A stretch of 64,000 bases of DNA from positions 25,723 to 89,722 of the IMG/VR virus record IMGVR_UViG_2905444465_000001; one strand, written 5' to 3'. Within the stretch, counting starts at the first letter, position 1; each line of letters begins with the position of its first letter. This DNA comes from a virus. Lineage: Duplodnaviria; Caudoviricetes. A program made the translations under genes and the position numbers. Below the pieces are notes generated by a model. The model ran no database searches and was not told the origin of the DNA. It saw nothing but the letters and a program-made list of their open reading frames with translations. This document shows, in pieces, positions 20,929 to 29,976 of this stretch.

Positions 20929-22719
20929 TTATAAATTGAATATTTCTTCCAAGTCCTCATCGGACAGAAGCTCATAGGAAGTGCTGACAGCTGTCACGCT
21001 CACGGCGTTATCTGGAATATCACTGTCAAACACAAGAGTTGCGACAGCCTGCGTAGGCTCTCCGTGGATATACGGCGGTTGCCCTCCGTCAGCCGTCAGC
21101 TTCACATTCGGGTGCTTCAAGATGTCATACTTGAAGTCCATAACGGGGCGTTCTCCACGCACAAAAAGAAGTGCGTATCGGTTATCAAGCATACGCACTT
21201 CGTCTGGGGTCATCAGCTCACGCCCCGAAATCTGATAATTTGTTGAATAGTTACCACTCCGCCCAGAGCTTTTCCCGTAGGTGTTGGTATCAATGGTTTC
21301 CTTGCCCAAAAGTTCTGACACATATTTGTGGGTGCTTTGCTCGTTGCCGCCCAAATACAGAAACTCATCGCAGTTGCCGACAATGCTTTCCCATTGCTTT
21401 TCAAAAAGGGCTTTGAGCTGTGCCAGATTTTGCAGGATAATGGATACCGATACCCCTCTGGAACGCATAACAGACAGGATTTTATCAAAGTCATCAGGCA
21501 ATGAAACATTCGCAAATTCGTCCATTATAAAATGGCAATGCACAGGCAGGCTTCCGCCGTACTTGTGGTCTGCAAGATAAAAAAGCTGCTGAAAGAGCTG
21601 GGTATAAAGGATACTGACAAGGAAATTAAAGCTCGTGTCGTTGTCTGGTATCAGAGCGAACAGAGCGACCTTCTTTTCTCCCAGACTTGGCAGGTCAAGC
21701 TCATCGGTGGCGGTAAGCCCTGCAAGGCTCTCCAGATTGAATTTTTCAAGCCTTGCGGCAAGGGTTATCTGGATACTCTTTAAGGTCTTTGCACTACCAG
21801 AGTGGTAATCCCTGTAATACTTGAGGGCGATATGCTCTGGGTTTACCATTTCCAGACGGTCAAACAGCTCGTCCAGAGGGCTTACATAGCTGTCATCGTC
21901 CTCTCGGACTTCGCCTGCACGGAGCAGCTCCATAACCATCGGGAAATTCTGCTCGTCTGACGGTGCTTCATATTTCAGATAGAACACCAGAGCCAGAAGC
22001 AGCATACTTGCCGCCGTATCCCAGAACGGGTCTTGCGACTGTGAGCCTTTCGGCGTGGTCGCTTTAAACAAATTTGTTACCAACCTCTGAACATCGTTAT
22101 CGTTCCGCAGATAGACAAAAGGATTGTAACAATGACTGCGGTGCATATTGATAAGGTCAAGTACACGCACCTCATAGCCTTTATTTTCCAACAGACCGCC
22201 GATGTCACGGACGATTTCGCCCTTTGGATCGAGTATTACAAAAGATGTGTTGCACTGCATAGCATTTGGCTTGCAGAAAAACCTTGTTTTACCCGCACCA
22301 GAGCCACCACATACTAAAATGTTCAGATTCCTGCGGTGCTTTTTCCCGTCCAACCCGATACGGACATTCTGGGTCAAGAGCTTATTAGCTGACGGGTCTT
22401 TATCTCGGTACTTCTTATTCAAAGCACCTGCGTTGCCCCATTTCGCAGAGCCGTGTTCCTCACGCCTGCGGTAATTCCTGCGTGTAGAGAAATAAACGCC
22501 GATGCCCATAGCGTAGGCAAGCAAAAAAATAAGGACAGTCTTTACGCTGTCCTCACACATCGTTATTTCAAGCGGATTGCCCATCGCCACGGGTATACCT
22601 CGGATAATCTCTACAAGACCGCCGCTGACATAGGGTGCTGTCAGCAGGGCAAGCCATACAACAGGAAGTATGCCGCAAACAGTAAGGATTAGGCTCGTTT
22701 TCTGGTCATCGTTCCTCAT
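20929..22719 (-). CDS. virD4: VirD4/TraG type IV coupling protein
   Basis: REEHGSAKWG, GGSGAGKTR, LDPKGE, MDEFANV, RSRGVS motifs. Confidence 0.95.
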   Translation of the reverse strand: MRNDDQKTSLILTVCGILPVVWLALLTAPYVSGGLVEIIRGIPVAMGNPLEITMCEDSVKTVLIFLLAYAMGIGVYFSTRRNYRRREEHGSAKWGNAGALNKKYRDKDPSANKLLTQNVRIGLDGKKHRRNLNILVCGGSGAGKTRFFCKPNAMQCNTSFVILDPKGEIVRDIGGLLENKGYEVRVLDLINMHRSHCYNPFVYLRNDNDVQRLVTNLFKATTPKGSQSQDPFWDTAASMLLLALVFYLKYEAPSDEQNFPMVMELLRAGEVREDDDSYVSPLDELFDRLEMVNPEHIALKYYRDYHSGSAKTLKSIQITLAARLEKFNLESLAGLTATDELDLPSLGEKKVALFALIPDNDTSFNFLVSILYTQLFQQLFYLADHKYGGSLPVHCHFIMDEFANVSLPDDFDKILSVMRSRGVSVSIILQNLAQLKALFEKQWESIVGNCDEFLYLGGNEQSTHKYVSELLGKETIDTNTYGKSSGRSGNYSTNYQISGRELMTPDEVRMLDNRYALLFVRGERPVMDFKYDILKHPNVKLTADGGQPPYIHGEPTQAVATLVFDSDIPDNAVSVTAVSTSYELLSDEDLEEIFNL

Positions 22720-22912
22720 TACACCTGCAATGCACGACCTTAACCTTTTTTGTCGGAGCGTGTGCCACCTTACTTATCAGCTCGTCAACAGGCTCGGTGG
22801 GGCGTTCCTCCTGTAACTGCCTTGTACGCAGGGTGTTTAAGGCGTTGATGACGATATTCTTATCGTACTTATCAAGTGCGATATGGTATCGTTCCTCTCT
22901 CATAGTCTGCAC
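22706..22912 (-). CDS. Small conserved ICE protein (paralog of 63323-63502)
   Basis: VDELISKVAHAPTKKVKV versus VDELIFKVINAPTKRMKI. Confidence 0.65.
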   Translation of the reverse strand: MQTMREERYHIALDKYDKNIVINALNTLRTRQLQEERPTEPVDELISKVAHAPTKKVKVVHCRCNEER

Positions 22913-22918
22913 CTCCGA

Positions 22919-23782
22919 TTAGCGTTCCTGCTCTTTGTTCTTTGCAGGCTTGTTCTTCTCCATACTCTTATACATATCGCTCTGGATTTCGCCCAGAACA
23001 TCACGCATCGTGCCAAGCTCTCCTTTGAACGCCTGCGTATCCATTTCCGCATACTCTCTGGGAAGTCTGGAAAAGTCAAAACCTCTGGTATCCACGCCGT
23101 AACGAGAGCTTACCATATAGGCAACGCAGAAGGAGTTGAAATCGGAAACATCACGGCTCTCGTTGTACTTAAAGTCATAGACCGCCGCCGACACTTCTTT
23201 TGCCATACTCACGAACAGCACTTCCTCGGAAAGCCCCTTCTTGACAAAAATGGTCTGCTGAGAGCTGTCATAATAGGCAGGCAGTTCAAGCTCATCGACA
23301 GGAACACAGGGTACAGGGCTTGCATCAATCAGAGCCGACACAAGCTCACGCATGGATTTCGGCTCCTGTTCCTGCTGCCTGTCCTTTGCCGAGGTTTCAG
23401 AAATGTCATAAACCACTTTGGCATTGTAGGAGATACCCTTTGTCCCGTCCTCACGGGTGTATTCCTTGCTCGGCTCAAGAATAATGATTTTTTGTGCATC
23501 CTTGTTCACATAGACACGGCTCGCTTTCCATTTGCTGTACTCTTTAAGCTGCGTTGCTTCGGGCATCTGTGCTGACACCAGAATAGCGTTAGCCACGGAG
23601 TAACGGTCAAAGCGACCCTGCACATCAAGATACTGACGGAAGCTGTCGCCGCTTGCCATCATTTCAAAGCAGGTATTGTCAATCAGCTCATAGGCTTCTT
23701 TCCGCTGTGCCTGCTTTGCGGCAGCCCATTCCTCTTTATCAAAAGGTCTGTTGCCGCCGCTGAATAGATCATAAATACTCAT
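22919..23782 (-). CDS. ArdC-N/LtrC-like ssDNA-binding (anti-restriction-type) protein
   Basis: RYSVANAILVSAQMPEAT...KW...KIIILEP pattern, C-terminal FCVAYMVSSRYGVDT. Confidence 0.6.
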   Translation of the reverse strand: MSIYDLFSGGNRPFDKEEWAAAKQAQRKEAYELIDNTCFEMMASGDSFRQYLDVQGRFDRYSVANAILVSAQMPEATQLKEYSKWKASRVYVNKDAQKIIILEPSKEYTREDGTKGISYNAKVVYDISETSAKDRQQEQEPKSMRELVSALIDASPVPCVPVDELELPAYYDSSQQTIFVKKGLSEEVLFVSMAKEVSAAVYDFKYNESRDVSDFNSFCVAYMVSSRYGVDTRGFDFSRLPREYAEMDTQAFKGELGTMRDVLGEIQSDMYKSMEKNKPAKNKEQER

Positions 23783-23788
23783 AGCTGT

Positions 23789-24601
23789 TTACCTCGTTTC
23801 TTTGGATTTTGGTTTCTTTTTCTTTCTCTGGGGCTGTTTATGCTCCGTTTTCCCGTTAGCACTTTTCGCCCTGTCGGAAGCTCCGCTTTTGTCCAGGGCG
23901 GAAGTGCCAATCTCTGCTTCCTGCTCCTTGCGGCTCTCCTTGATTTTCCGCAGTTCCTCTCTGACAGAAGGTTTCTCCTTAGTCATAGTAGCCCCCTCTG
24001 CGGACTTCTTTGGCTGCTCTGAGGTAGGCTCGGACTGAGGGGATTTTTCTGTCTTTGCCACCGAGGGGTTTGGGGCGTTTTCCTCCTTCTGGACGGGCTT
24101 GCCCATAAGCTCGTCAAGCAGCTTGTCTTTCTCCGCCTTTTCCTGCACACCAATCTCTGGCTCTGGCTGACCGTCCTTTGCATCTTTGGATTTCTCGGCT
24201 TCCGTCACAATAGAAGCGGTATCCACCGAAGCAAGATTAAAGCGTTCCACGATGCGGCTGATTTTCGATGCGTCCTCGGCACGGGCGATGACATCGACCT
24301 CCGCATTGTGGTCTTTGTTTTTCCTGTCTGTGAGGACACAGTAAAGCACACCGTATTTTTTTGCTTCCTGCGTGAACTTCTTTAAGTCGTCACTTTTGAC
24401 GGTAAAGACTTTCAGCTCCTTGCCAGAACGGAGCATACTTGTCAGCCTTGCTTTGCCTTTGGTTTTCTTTTCTTCTTTGAGAATGGAATACAACAGGATA
24501 GCGATGTTCTTCGCACCTGCACCTGTGATTTTGGCAGCGACCTCAAAACCCTCCAAGCTCATTCGGACGATTTGTTCTGCCGCTTCGCCGCCTGTGTTCA
24601 T
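23789..24601 (-). CDS. PcfB-family protein
   Basis: MNTGGEAAEQIVRMSLEG, FTQEAKKYGVLY, RAEDASKISRIVERF. Confidence 0.85.
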   Translation of the reverse strand: MNTGGEAAEQIVRMSLEGFEVAAKITGAGAKNIAILLYSILKEEKKTKGKARLTSMLRSGKELKVFTVKSDDLKKFTQEAKKYGVLYCVLTDRKNKDHNAEVDVIARAEDASKISRIVERFNLASVDTASIVTEAEKSKDAKDGQPEPEIGVQEKAEKDKLLDELMGKPVQKEENAPNPSVAKTEKSPQSEPTSEQPKKSAEGATMTKEKPSVREELRKIKESRKEQEAEIGTSALDKSGASDRAKSANGKTEHKQPQRKKKKPKSKETR

Positions 24602-25955
24602 TCTTCATCAGCTCCTTTCTTTGCTGTTCTTTTTCGTCTGCCCGTATCGTCTGCAATTTTTCTTTGAGGGTATCACTACGGGCAGCGATGCCCTCGCACA
24701 TTCTGACCTCCTTTCGGATAATTTTCAGCCGTCCCGAAATATCGGAAAGCTCCGCCTTGACCGCTTCCTTTTCTTCACCGCTTATCCTGCGGGATTTGGA
24801 GTAAAGCTCCTTTCGCTTCTGAAGCAGGGCAGACATCTCCGTTTCCAGAGAGCCTTTATATGAACAAAGCTGCTCCGCCGTATCAATGTGATTGTGGCAA
24901 AGCAACCTTGTTTCCAGTGTGATGGCTTCCATCTTCATAAGGTCGTCCTTTAGGAGATAATGAAGCCGTGCATAATTTTGTTTTCTGCCTTTTGGCAGGA
25001 TACCGAGCTTGTAGCAGTAATGGAGATACAGCCCACGCAAGCCGCCCATTTTCTTGGCGTTCTTCAATGAGCCTTTGACCCGATAGACCTTGACCTGCGG
25101 CTGTGGCTCTGAAAAGCTCTGGAATTTGACCGCATAGGAATTTTCGCTGATACGCTCCATAATCCTGTCATTGGTGTATTCCTCTCCAAGCTTATAAAGC
25201 CGCTTGGGTCTTTGCCAGCCCTTGCCGATAATCGTCCAATACTTGCGGTTGGGGTCAAAGTTTATGCGGTAACCCATTTCTGCCAACTGGCGGTCAAAGT
25301 CTTTCAGCGTAAATGATTTGCTGATAGCTTCATCCACCGCTTGTCTGGCAACATTATCCCTCGTGGGTCGCCCCTGCTTTTCGGCTTGGTAAAGGGCGTA
25401 GGGCTTTTTCTTGCCGCTTGGGTGTTCGATGACAGACAAGGCGTACTCACGGCAAAGCTCATCGGAACGCTGACGGAGCAGCCGCAGATTTGCTTTGTTG
25501 TCGTGGTAGTGCATACCGTCAGCAAAAGAAACAGCGTTCACGACAAAGTGATTATGCAGGCAGTCGGTATTTAGGTGGGTGGCAACGATGACTTGAAATC
25601 TGTCGCCCCACATTCGCTCGGCAAGTTTAACGCCGACCTCGTGTGCCTGCTCTGGCGTAACCTCACCGTGCTTGAAGCTCTGGAAACCGTGATAGCAGAC
25701 AATCTCACTCGTATCGTTCCATTGGACTTTGGCAATCATCATTTCATCTCTGGCGGTGGTCGGGTCACAGTTTATGCCTGTGACAAAAAAACGCTGCTCG
25801 GTCTTATCCTTATTAGTAGCGTACTCCATTACATCGACCATCGCCTGCAGGTCGGCTTCGGTGTATTTGGGGTTGGCGGTCTTTTCGGGATTTTCGGCAT
25901 AGTCGATTGGGTGGTCGAGCCTGCCACGCACATCCCATATCTCGCAGACCGCCAT
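24543..25955 (-). CDS. MOB-P type relaxase
   Basis: YAENPEKT, YHGFQSF, ATHLNTDCLHNHFVVN (HxH), downstream of mobC. Confidence 0.9.
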   Translation of the reverse strand: MAVCEIWDVRGRLDHPIDYAENPEKTANPKYTEADLQAMVDVMEYATNKDKTEQRFFVTGINCDPTTARDEMMIAKVQWNDTSEIVCYHGFQSFKHGEVTPEQAHEVGVKLAERMWGDRFQVIVATHLNTDCLHNHFVVNAVSFADGMHYHDNKANLRLLRQRSDELCREYALSVIEHPSGKKKPYALYQAEKQGRPTRDNVARQAVDEAISKSFTLKDFDRQLAEMGYRINFDPNRKYWTIIGKGWQRPKRLYKLGEEYTNDRIMERISENSYAVKFQSFSEPQPQVKVYRVKGSLKNAKKMGGLRGLYLHYCYKLGILPKGRKQNYARLHYLLKDDLMKMEAITLETRLLCHNHIDTAEQLCSYKGSLETEMSALLQKRKELYSKSRRISGEEKEAVKAELSDISGRLKIIRKEVRMCEGIAARSDTLKEKLQTIRADEKEQQRKELMKNEHRRRSGRTNRPNELGGF

Positions 25956-26284
25956 TACGATGACCTGCGTGGAAGCAGATACCTTTTGCGAATGTCAATC
26001 TGAAATTCGTGCCATTTCCTTGCTTCCACACGGAGCATCGGGGCATCCACAAAACCGAGGGCGTTTGCCTTAACCGCAAGCTGATTGATACGGTTGCCAA
26101 TGGCGGACAGCTCACGCATCATTTTATAGAACTCTGGGTCGGGCTTCTCGCAGAGCTGATAGCCCCTTACCATTTCTCTTAAAAAGGCTTCTTTTGAGCG
26201 ACCCGATTTTCGCACAAGCTCATTAAGGTGTTCGGCTTCCTCCTCAGTCAGACGGAAAAGTATCTGCACATTTCTTTTTCGCAT
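25955..26284 (-). CDS. mobC: MobC relaxosome accessory protein
   Basis: FRLTEEEAEHL RHH-like start, LSAIGNRINQLA motif. Confidence 0.85.
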   Translation of the reverse strand: MRKRNVQILFRLTEEEAEHLNELVRKSGRSKEAFLREMVRGYQLCEKPDPEFYKMMRELSAIGNRINQLAVKANALGFVDAPMLRVEARKWHEFQIDIRKRYLLPRRSS

Positions 26285-26396
26285 TGTCCACTTCCTTTCT
26301 CTCGGAAAGTCTGTTTATCTGCAAGCAGCACATACACGCAATGCCGAACAGACCACCGAGCATTGTGCCGATAATGAAAAATAAGAACTCACTCAT
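26244..26396 (-). CDS. 50-aa membrane protein (DUF3789-like)
   Basis: Manually translated MSEFLFFIIGTMLGGLFGIACMCCLQINRLSER..., AAGGAG RBS upstream. Confidence 0.6.
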   Translation of the reverse strand: MSEFLFFIIGTMLGGLFGIACMCCLQINRLSERKEVDNAKKKCADTFPSD

Positions 26397-26420
26397 TCTT
26401 GAACTCCTTTCTGTTCTAAC

Positions 26421-26478
26421 GGGGTATTAGGGGCTGACCCCTAACAAGCGAATTTGGCTAACCAAATTCAGTGCTTGG
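26421..26478 (-). other. Candidate oriT of the ICE
   Basis: Hairpin GAATTTGG-TTAG-CCAAATTC followed by GCTTG and second hairpin TTAGGGG/CCCCTAA, just upstream of mobC-relaxase. Confidence 0.6.
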
Positions 26479-26487
26479 TAAGACATC

Positions 26488-26805
26488 TCATTCTTCGCAA
26501 TCGTCCTCATACATACCCTCACTGCACACAGGGCAGAAGTACGGGCAGTCCGAACAATCTTCATTTTCCTGTAGTGTATTCTCGCCCGCACCGTCAAGAC
26601 CGTCCTCTCTCTGCTCGGTAATATCGGCTTCACCGCAGACAAAATCATCATCGGTAAAGTTGATAAGGTCGGTATCGAACAGGATAATTTTTGTCTTTTC
26701 CTTTGCCTGTTCGGGGCTTTCCGCATAGACGCAAACGGTCTTTCGGTAATGGGCAGTAAGGGTTACATCATACTTTTTCAATGGTTCATTCCTCGCTTTC
26801 AGCAT
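26488..26805 (-). CDS. DpnD/PcfM-like hypothetical protein with Cys-rich tail
   Basis: KYDVTLTAHYRKTVCVYAESPEQAKEK; CSDCPYFCPVC. Confidence 0.55.
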   Translation of the reverse strand: MLKARNEPLKKYDVTLTAHYRKTVCVYAESPEQAKEKTKIILFDTDLINFTDDDFVCGEADITEQREDGLDGAGENTLQENEDCSDCPYFCPVCSEGMYEDDCEE

Positions 26806-26855
26806 TAAATTTTGATTTGGTTTCGGTGTCTTTCTGGGGAAAAACTGCTATACAA

Positions 26856-27845
26856 TCAACGGGCATCACTCCTTTCACGCTTGGGCATAGGTCTTGCAAT
26901 TTTCAGATAGGACAACAAAAAATCGTTGAAGTCCTTGCCGACAGGCGGTGGATCATCAACGATTTTGTAGTCTTTCTGCAACAGTTCTTTCAAAGTAGCG
27001 GTACAAAGCCTGCCTACCTTATCATTATCCAGATGCAGAACTATGGTCTTAATTTGTGGATTGGCACTCAAAAAAGTTGTGAGAGCTATGGGGATTTTGC
27101 TGTCCTTCATCTCTTTCTTTGGCTGATACACGCCCGATAAAGAGAGGAAACTTTCCGATTTGTAGTCCTTGCCCTCGCATTTCAGATAAGTGGCATAGGA
27201 CAGTAAATCAATAGCAGCTTCAAATAAATGCACGGTATCCGCAGGCTTCTTTGCCAGAAGTCGGAACGAATACCGCTTGTCGCTGCCCGATGCGTCCTGC
27301 TTGAAAGTGCTGCCGAGAGTGCCTCGCAGGGCGGCATATTTCGGTGTTCCGCTTTCGTCTTTGCCGATAAAAACAGCATTGTGATAATCGGCACTCTCAT
27401 AGAGCGTGCCATCTGAGATACACTCCTGTATGAGCTGATGGTCAATACCACGCCCGAAAAGATACTGTATCACTCTGTTACAATCCTTATTTTTTGGCGG
27501 CAGGAGCAGAACTTTCGGCTCATCTTTCTTGGGAGTAGGGGGTGGCTTCCAGTCCGCCATAGTCTGTCCCGTGAGAATTTCCACGGCTTCCACAAAGTCA
27601 TATTCCTTGACTTTGATAAGATAATCGAGGGCAGAATAGCCGCCGAAACCTCTCGACCACCAATACCATTTGCCGTTGGAAATCTTTAAGCTGTCGTGTT
27701 CTGCTGTACAGTACACATTGCTTGTGCCTTTGACCTTAACGAGATTGCTCGGCTCAAACTCCCGCAGATAGGATAACAGGTCAATCTGTCGTACCCGTTC
27801 AAGCACATCAGGGTCAATCTGCACATAGGGTCGGTTAGTTCTCAA
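26856..27845 (-). CDS. DUF3991/Toprim primase-like protein
   Basis: HDSLKIS, YLFGRGI, LFEAAIDLLS, LHLDNDKVG (Toprim DxD), KDFNDFL. Confidence 0.85.
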   Translation of the reverse strand: MRTNRPYVQIDPDVLERVRQIDLLSYLREFEPSNLVKVKGTSNVYCTAEHDSLKISNGKWYWWSRGFGGYSALDYLIKVKEYDFVEAVEILTGQTMADWKPPPTPKKDEPKVLLLPPKNKDCNRVIQYLFGRGIDHQLIQECISDGTLYESADYHNAVFIGKDESGTPKYAALRGTLGSTFKQDASGSDKRYSFRLLAKKPADTVHLFEAAIDLLSYATYLKCEGKDYKSESFLSLSGVYQPKKEMKDSKIPIALTTFLSANPQIKTIVLHLDNDKVGRLCTATLKELLQKDYKIVDDPPPVGKDFNDFLLSYLKIARPMPKRERSDAR

Positions 27846-27929
27846 TGGATAAAATCACCTCCTGAAAATAGAAATAGCCGAGGGCTTTCGTTAAATGAAA
27901 ACCTCTCGGCTATGTAAAATATAGTTCTT

Positions 27930-28517
27930 TTAGAATGAAAAAAGCATCCCTTTTTCTGTTGCGATATTATAAATCCATTTGTTACCCGTAGGGCTTACCA
28001 AATTACTAATATTCGCAATTTCCTTAATTGTTTTTTCTACAAACTCTGAATTATGCAACTTATAATTTTTTGCAAAGCAATCGCAGCACTCCTGCATTTT
28101 TGCATCGGCAGGTGGAAAAAGAGCCATTGGAACATCTTTTGCATCTAAACGACCCTTGATATTACCTCCCGATATTAGGCTTGCATTACCGTCACGCCCT
28201 TTACCTGCTATGAGAAAATAGAACGGCAAAGCTAATATAGCATCACAATTTGTATCGGCTACTCGCTTATAAAATGCTTTTATAATATCAAGTAAATCAT
28301 CGGTAGTTAGGCAATCTTTATTTGTCGCCTTGTTCAAATCTATTGAAATAGCCTTTTCAATAGCTGCGTTACCTGCACTTGAAAAAGCTAAATGGTCATT
28401 TATCATAAGGACTTTGTCTAAATCATCTGACAAAGTTTTCCCGTCAATACTTGACCCTCGCTTATCGCCTGCAATAATTATACGGTTATTTTCTTTTATT
28501 CCAAAGATAACACTCAT
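27930..28517 (-). CDS. Proteasome beta-subunit-like Ntn hydrolase with N-terminal Ser
   Basis: After Met removal S1-VIFGIKENNRIIIAG-D17-K-R19...D-K34-VLMINDHLAFSSA-G48, matching the Thr1/Asp17/Arg19/Lys33/Gly47 spacing of proteasome beta subunits; AAGGAGG RBS and own promoter. Confidence 0.8.
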   Translation of the reverse strand: MSVIFGIKENNRIIIAGDKRGSSIDGKTLSDDLDKVLMINDHLAFSSAGNAAIEKAISIDLNKATNKDCLTTDDLLDIIKAFYKRVADTNCDAILALPFYFLIAGKGRDGNASLISGGNIKGRLDAKDVPMALFPPADAKMQECCDCFAKNYKLHNSEFVEKTIKEIANISNLVSPTGNKWIYNIATEKGMLFSF

Positions 28518-28545
28518 AAACTGTCACCTCCTTACTGATTTAAAA

Positions 28546-28575
28546 ATCATACCACATTTTTATGAATTTTTCCAC
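28546..28575 (-). promoter_or_regulatory. Sigma-A promoter of the Ntn-hydrolase gene
   Basis: TGGAAA-17 bp-TATGAT; 27/30 identical to the catP promoter at 46524-46553. Confidence 0.7.
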
Positions 28576-28629
28576 CTCTGCGGCTATGTAAAAGCGGCAT
28601 CAGCTCCACGCCAATGCCGCCGTTCTCGG

Positions 28630-28977
28630 TTATAAAATTCCTGCCTTTTTGAGATACCCAACGCTGTCATAGCACCCTCTGAAATAGATTGCTTCCTGCT
28701 GCATATCGCTGAGCCTGTTCCGAAGCTCCAAAACTTCTATCAAAGCCTTACACTCCTGCTCGGATAAATCGCTCGGCTTTTCCGTATCCAGAGCCTCCAT
28801 CACTTTTGGATACTCCTTGTAGAGTTCCTCTATCCTTTCCTCTATGGAACGGTATTCTGGATTTTCTTTGGGCAGCTTTGCGATAACGGAGCTTAGATAT
28901 TCAGCAAAGATGTTGCTATGCACATCAACAAAGGTTTCAAATCTGAAATTATCAAGCACACCTTTCACCTCCGACAT
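28630..28977 (-). CDS. Conserved hypothetical protein (DUF6664-like)
   Basis: 115 aa ending IYFRGCYDSVGYLKKAGIL; upstream TTGTAT-17-TATAAT. Confidence 0.65.
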   Translation of the reverse strand: MSEVKGVLDNFRFETFVDVHSNIFAEYLSSVIAKLPKENPEYRSIEERIEELYKEYPKVMEALDTEKPSDLSEQECKALIEVLELRNRLSDMQQEAIYFRGCYDSVGYLKKAGIL

Positions 28978-29036
28978 TTACTAATCTACACCTATTATAC
29001 TTCCCAGAAATCAGCAATACAAATATGCAAACCGCA

Positions 29037-29976
29037 TTATCTCTCCCGACTTGCACATTTTCTTTCGGGCTGTTCTTCTGTCTGCTCTGGCTCAGTATCC
29101 ATAACGGAAGTATCTTTTTCATTTAGATTCAGCTCAATGTTAAGAGCGTTCAGCCGTTCTGTTTTTTCTTTCAGCTCATCTTCAAAGGCAAAAGGCTTCT
29201 TGATTTCCTCCTTTGCGGTTTCAAGCTGTACGATAGTTTCCGCCTTTTTGGTCTTGGCAGCTTCCAGTCTAGCAGGGAGCTTTGACAGCTCGTTTTCAAT
29301 TCGGGTCAGATTTCCGAGGGCATCAGCACCTAAATCCACCTTATGCTTTGCCTTTCCGCAGAGGTTCATACAGTAATGGGCATTGACAGTATCATAATAA
29401 ATCTCCATTCGGAAACCTCGGTAGCTGCCGATTTCGGTAGGTGCGGACATCGGATAATCCTTGCAGATTGCAAGGAGCATCTCGCCTGCGTCTGCCTTTT
29501 CGGTGTAGGTCATACCTTTTAGGGTCATCGGGCAGAACTTATCCTCACCCTGCGGCTTGTGCTGCTCGGCAAATGCTGCATCATTTTCATAGCCTGCAAT
29601 GCGTTCCTCATACTCCTTAATGGTCTGGGGATAGTATTTCAGCACCCTGTCCTCAAGGTCGTAATGTTCGGAAAGATAACTCTGCTTTAACACTCGAAGC
29701 TTTGATACCTGTATATCCAAATCCATCTTTTCCTTAAAACGGGCATCGCCTGTGGCAAGCATTTTAACCTCCGCAAAGGACAGGGCAACCTCGTCCACAT
29801 CTTCAGCAGAACGGACAGGGCTTTTGCTCGTCATTATCTGGCTGATAAATTTCTGCTTGCTCTCCACCAACTGATAGAGGTAGGCATCAAAAGTTTGCTC
29901 TGTCACATAACGGTAAACCTCCACCTCTGGGAACATATTGCCCTGCCTTTCAATACGCCCCTGCCTTTGTTCAAGG
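29037..29976 (-). pseudogene. 3' fragment of the interrupted methylase/SNF2 helicase gene
   Basis: DLEQRQGRIERQGN (helicase motif VI) resumes right after the GA at 29977-29978. Confidence 0.9.

Larger units (their letters stand above)
27901..28593. repeat. Direct repeat pair flanking the Ntn-hydrolase gene
   Basis: ACCTCTCGGCTATGTAAAA (27901-27919) and ACCTCTGCGGCTATGTAAAA (28574-28593); 13-bp perfect core CGGCTATGTAAAA. Confidence 0.8.
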
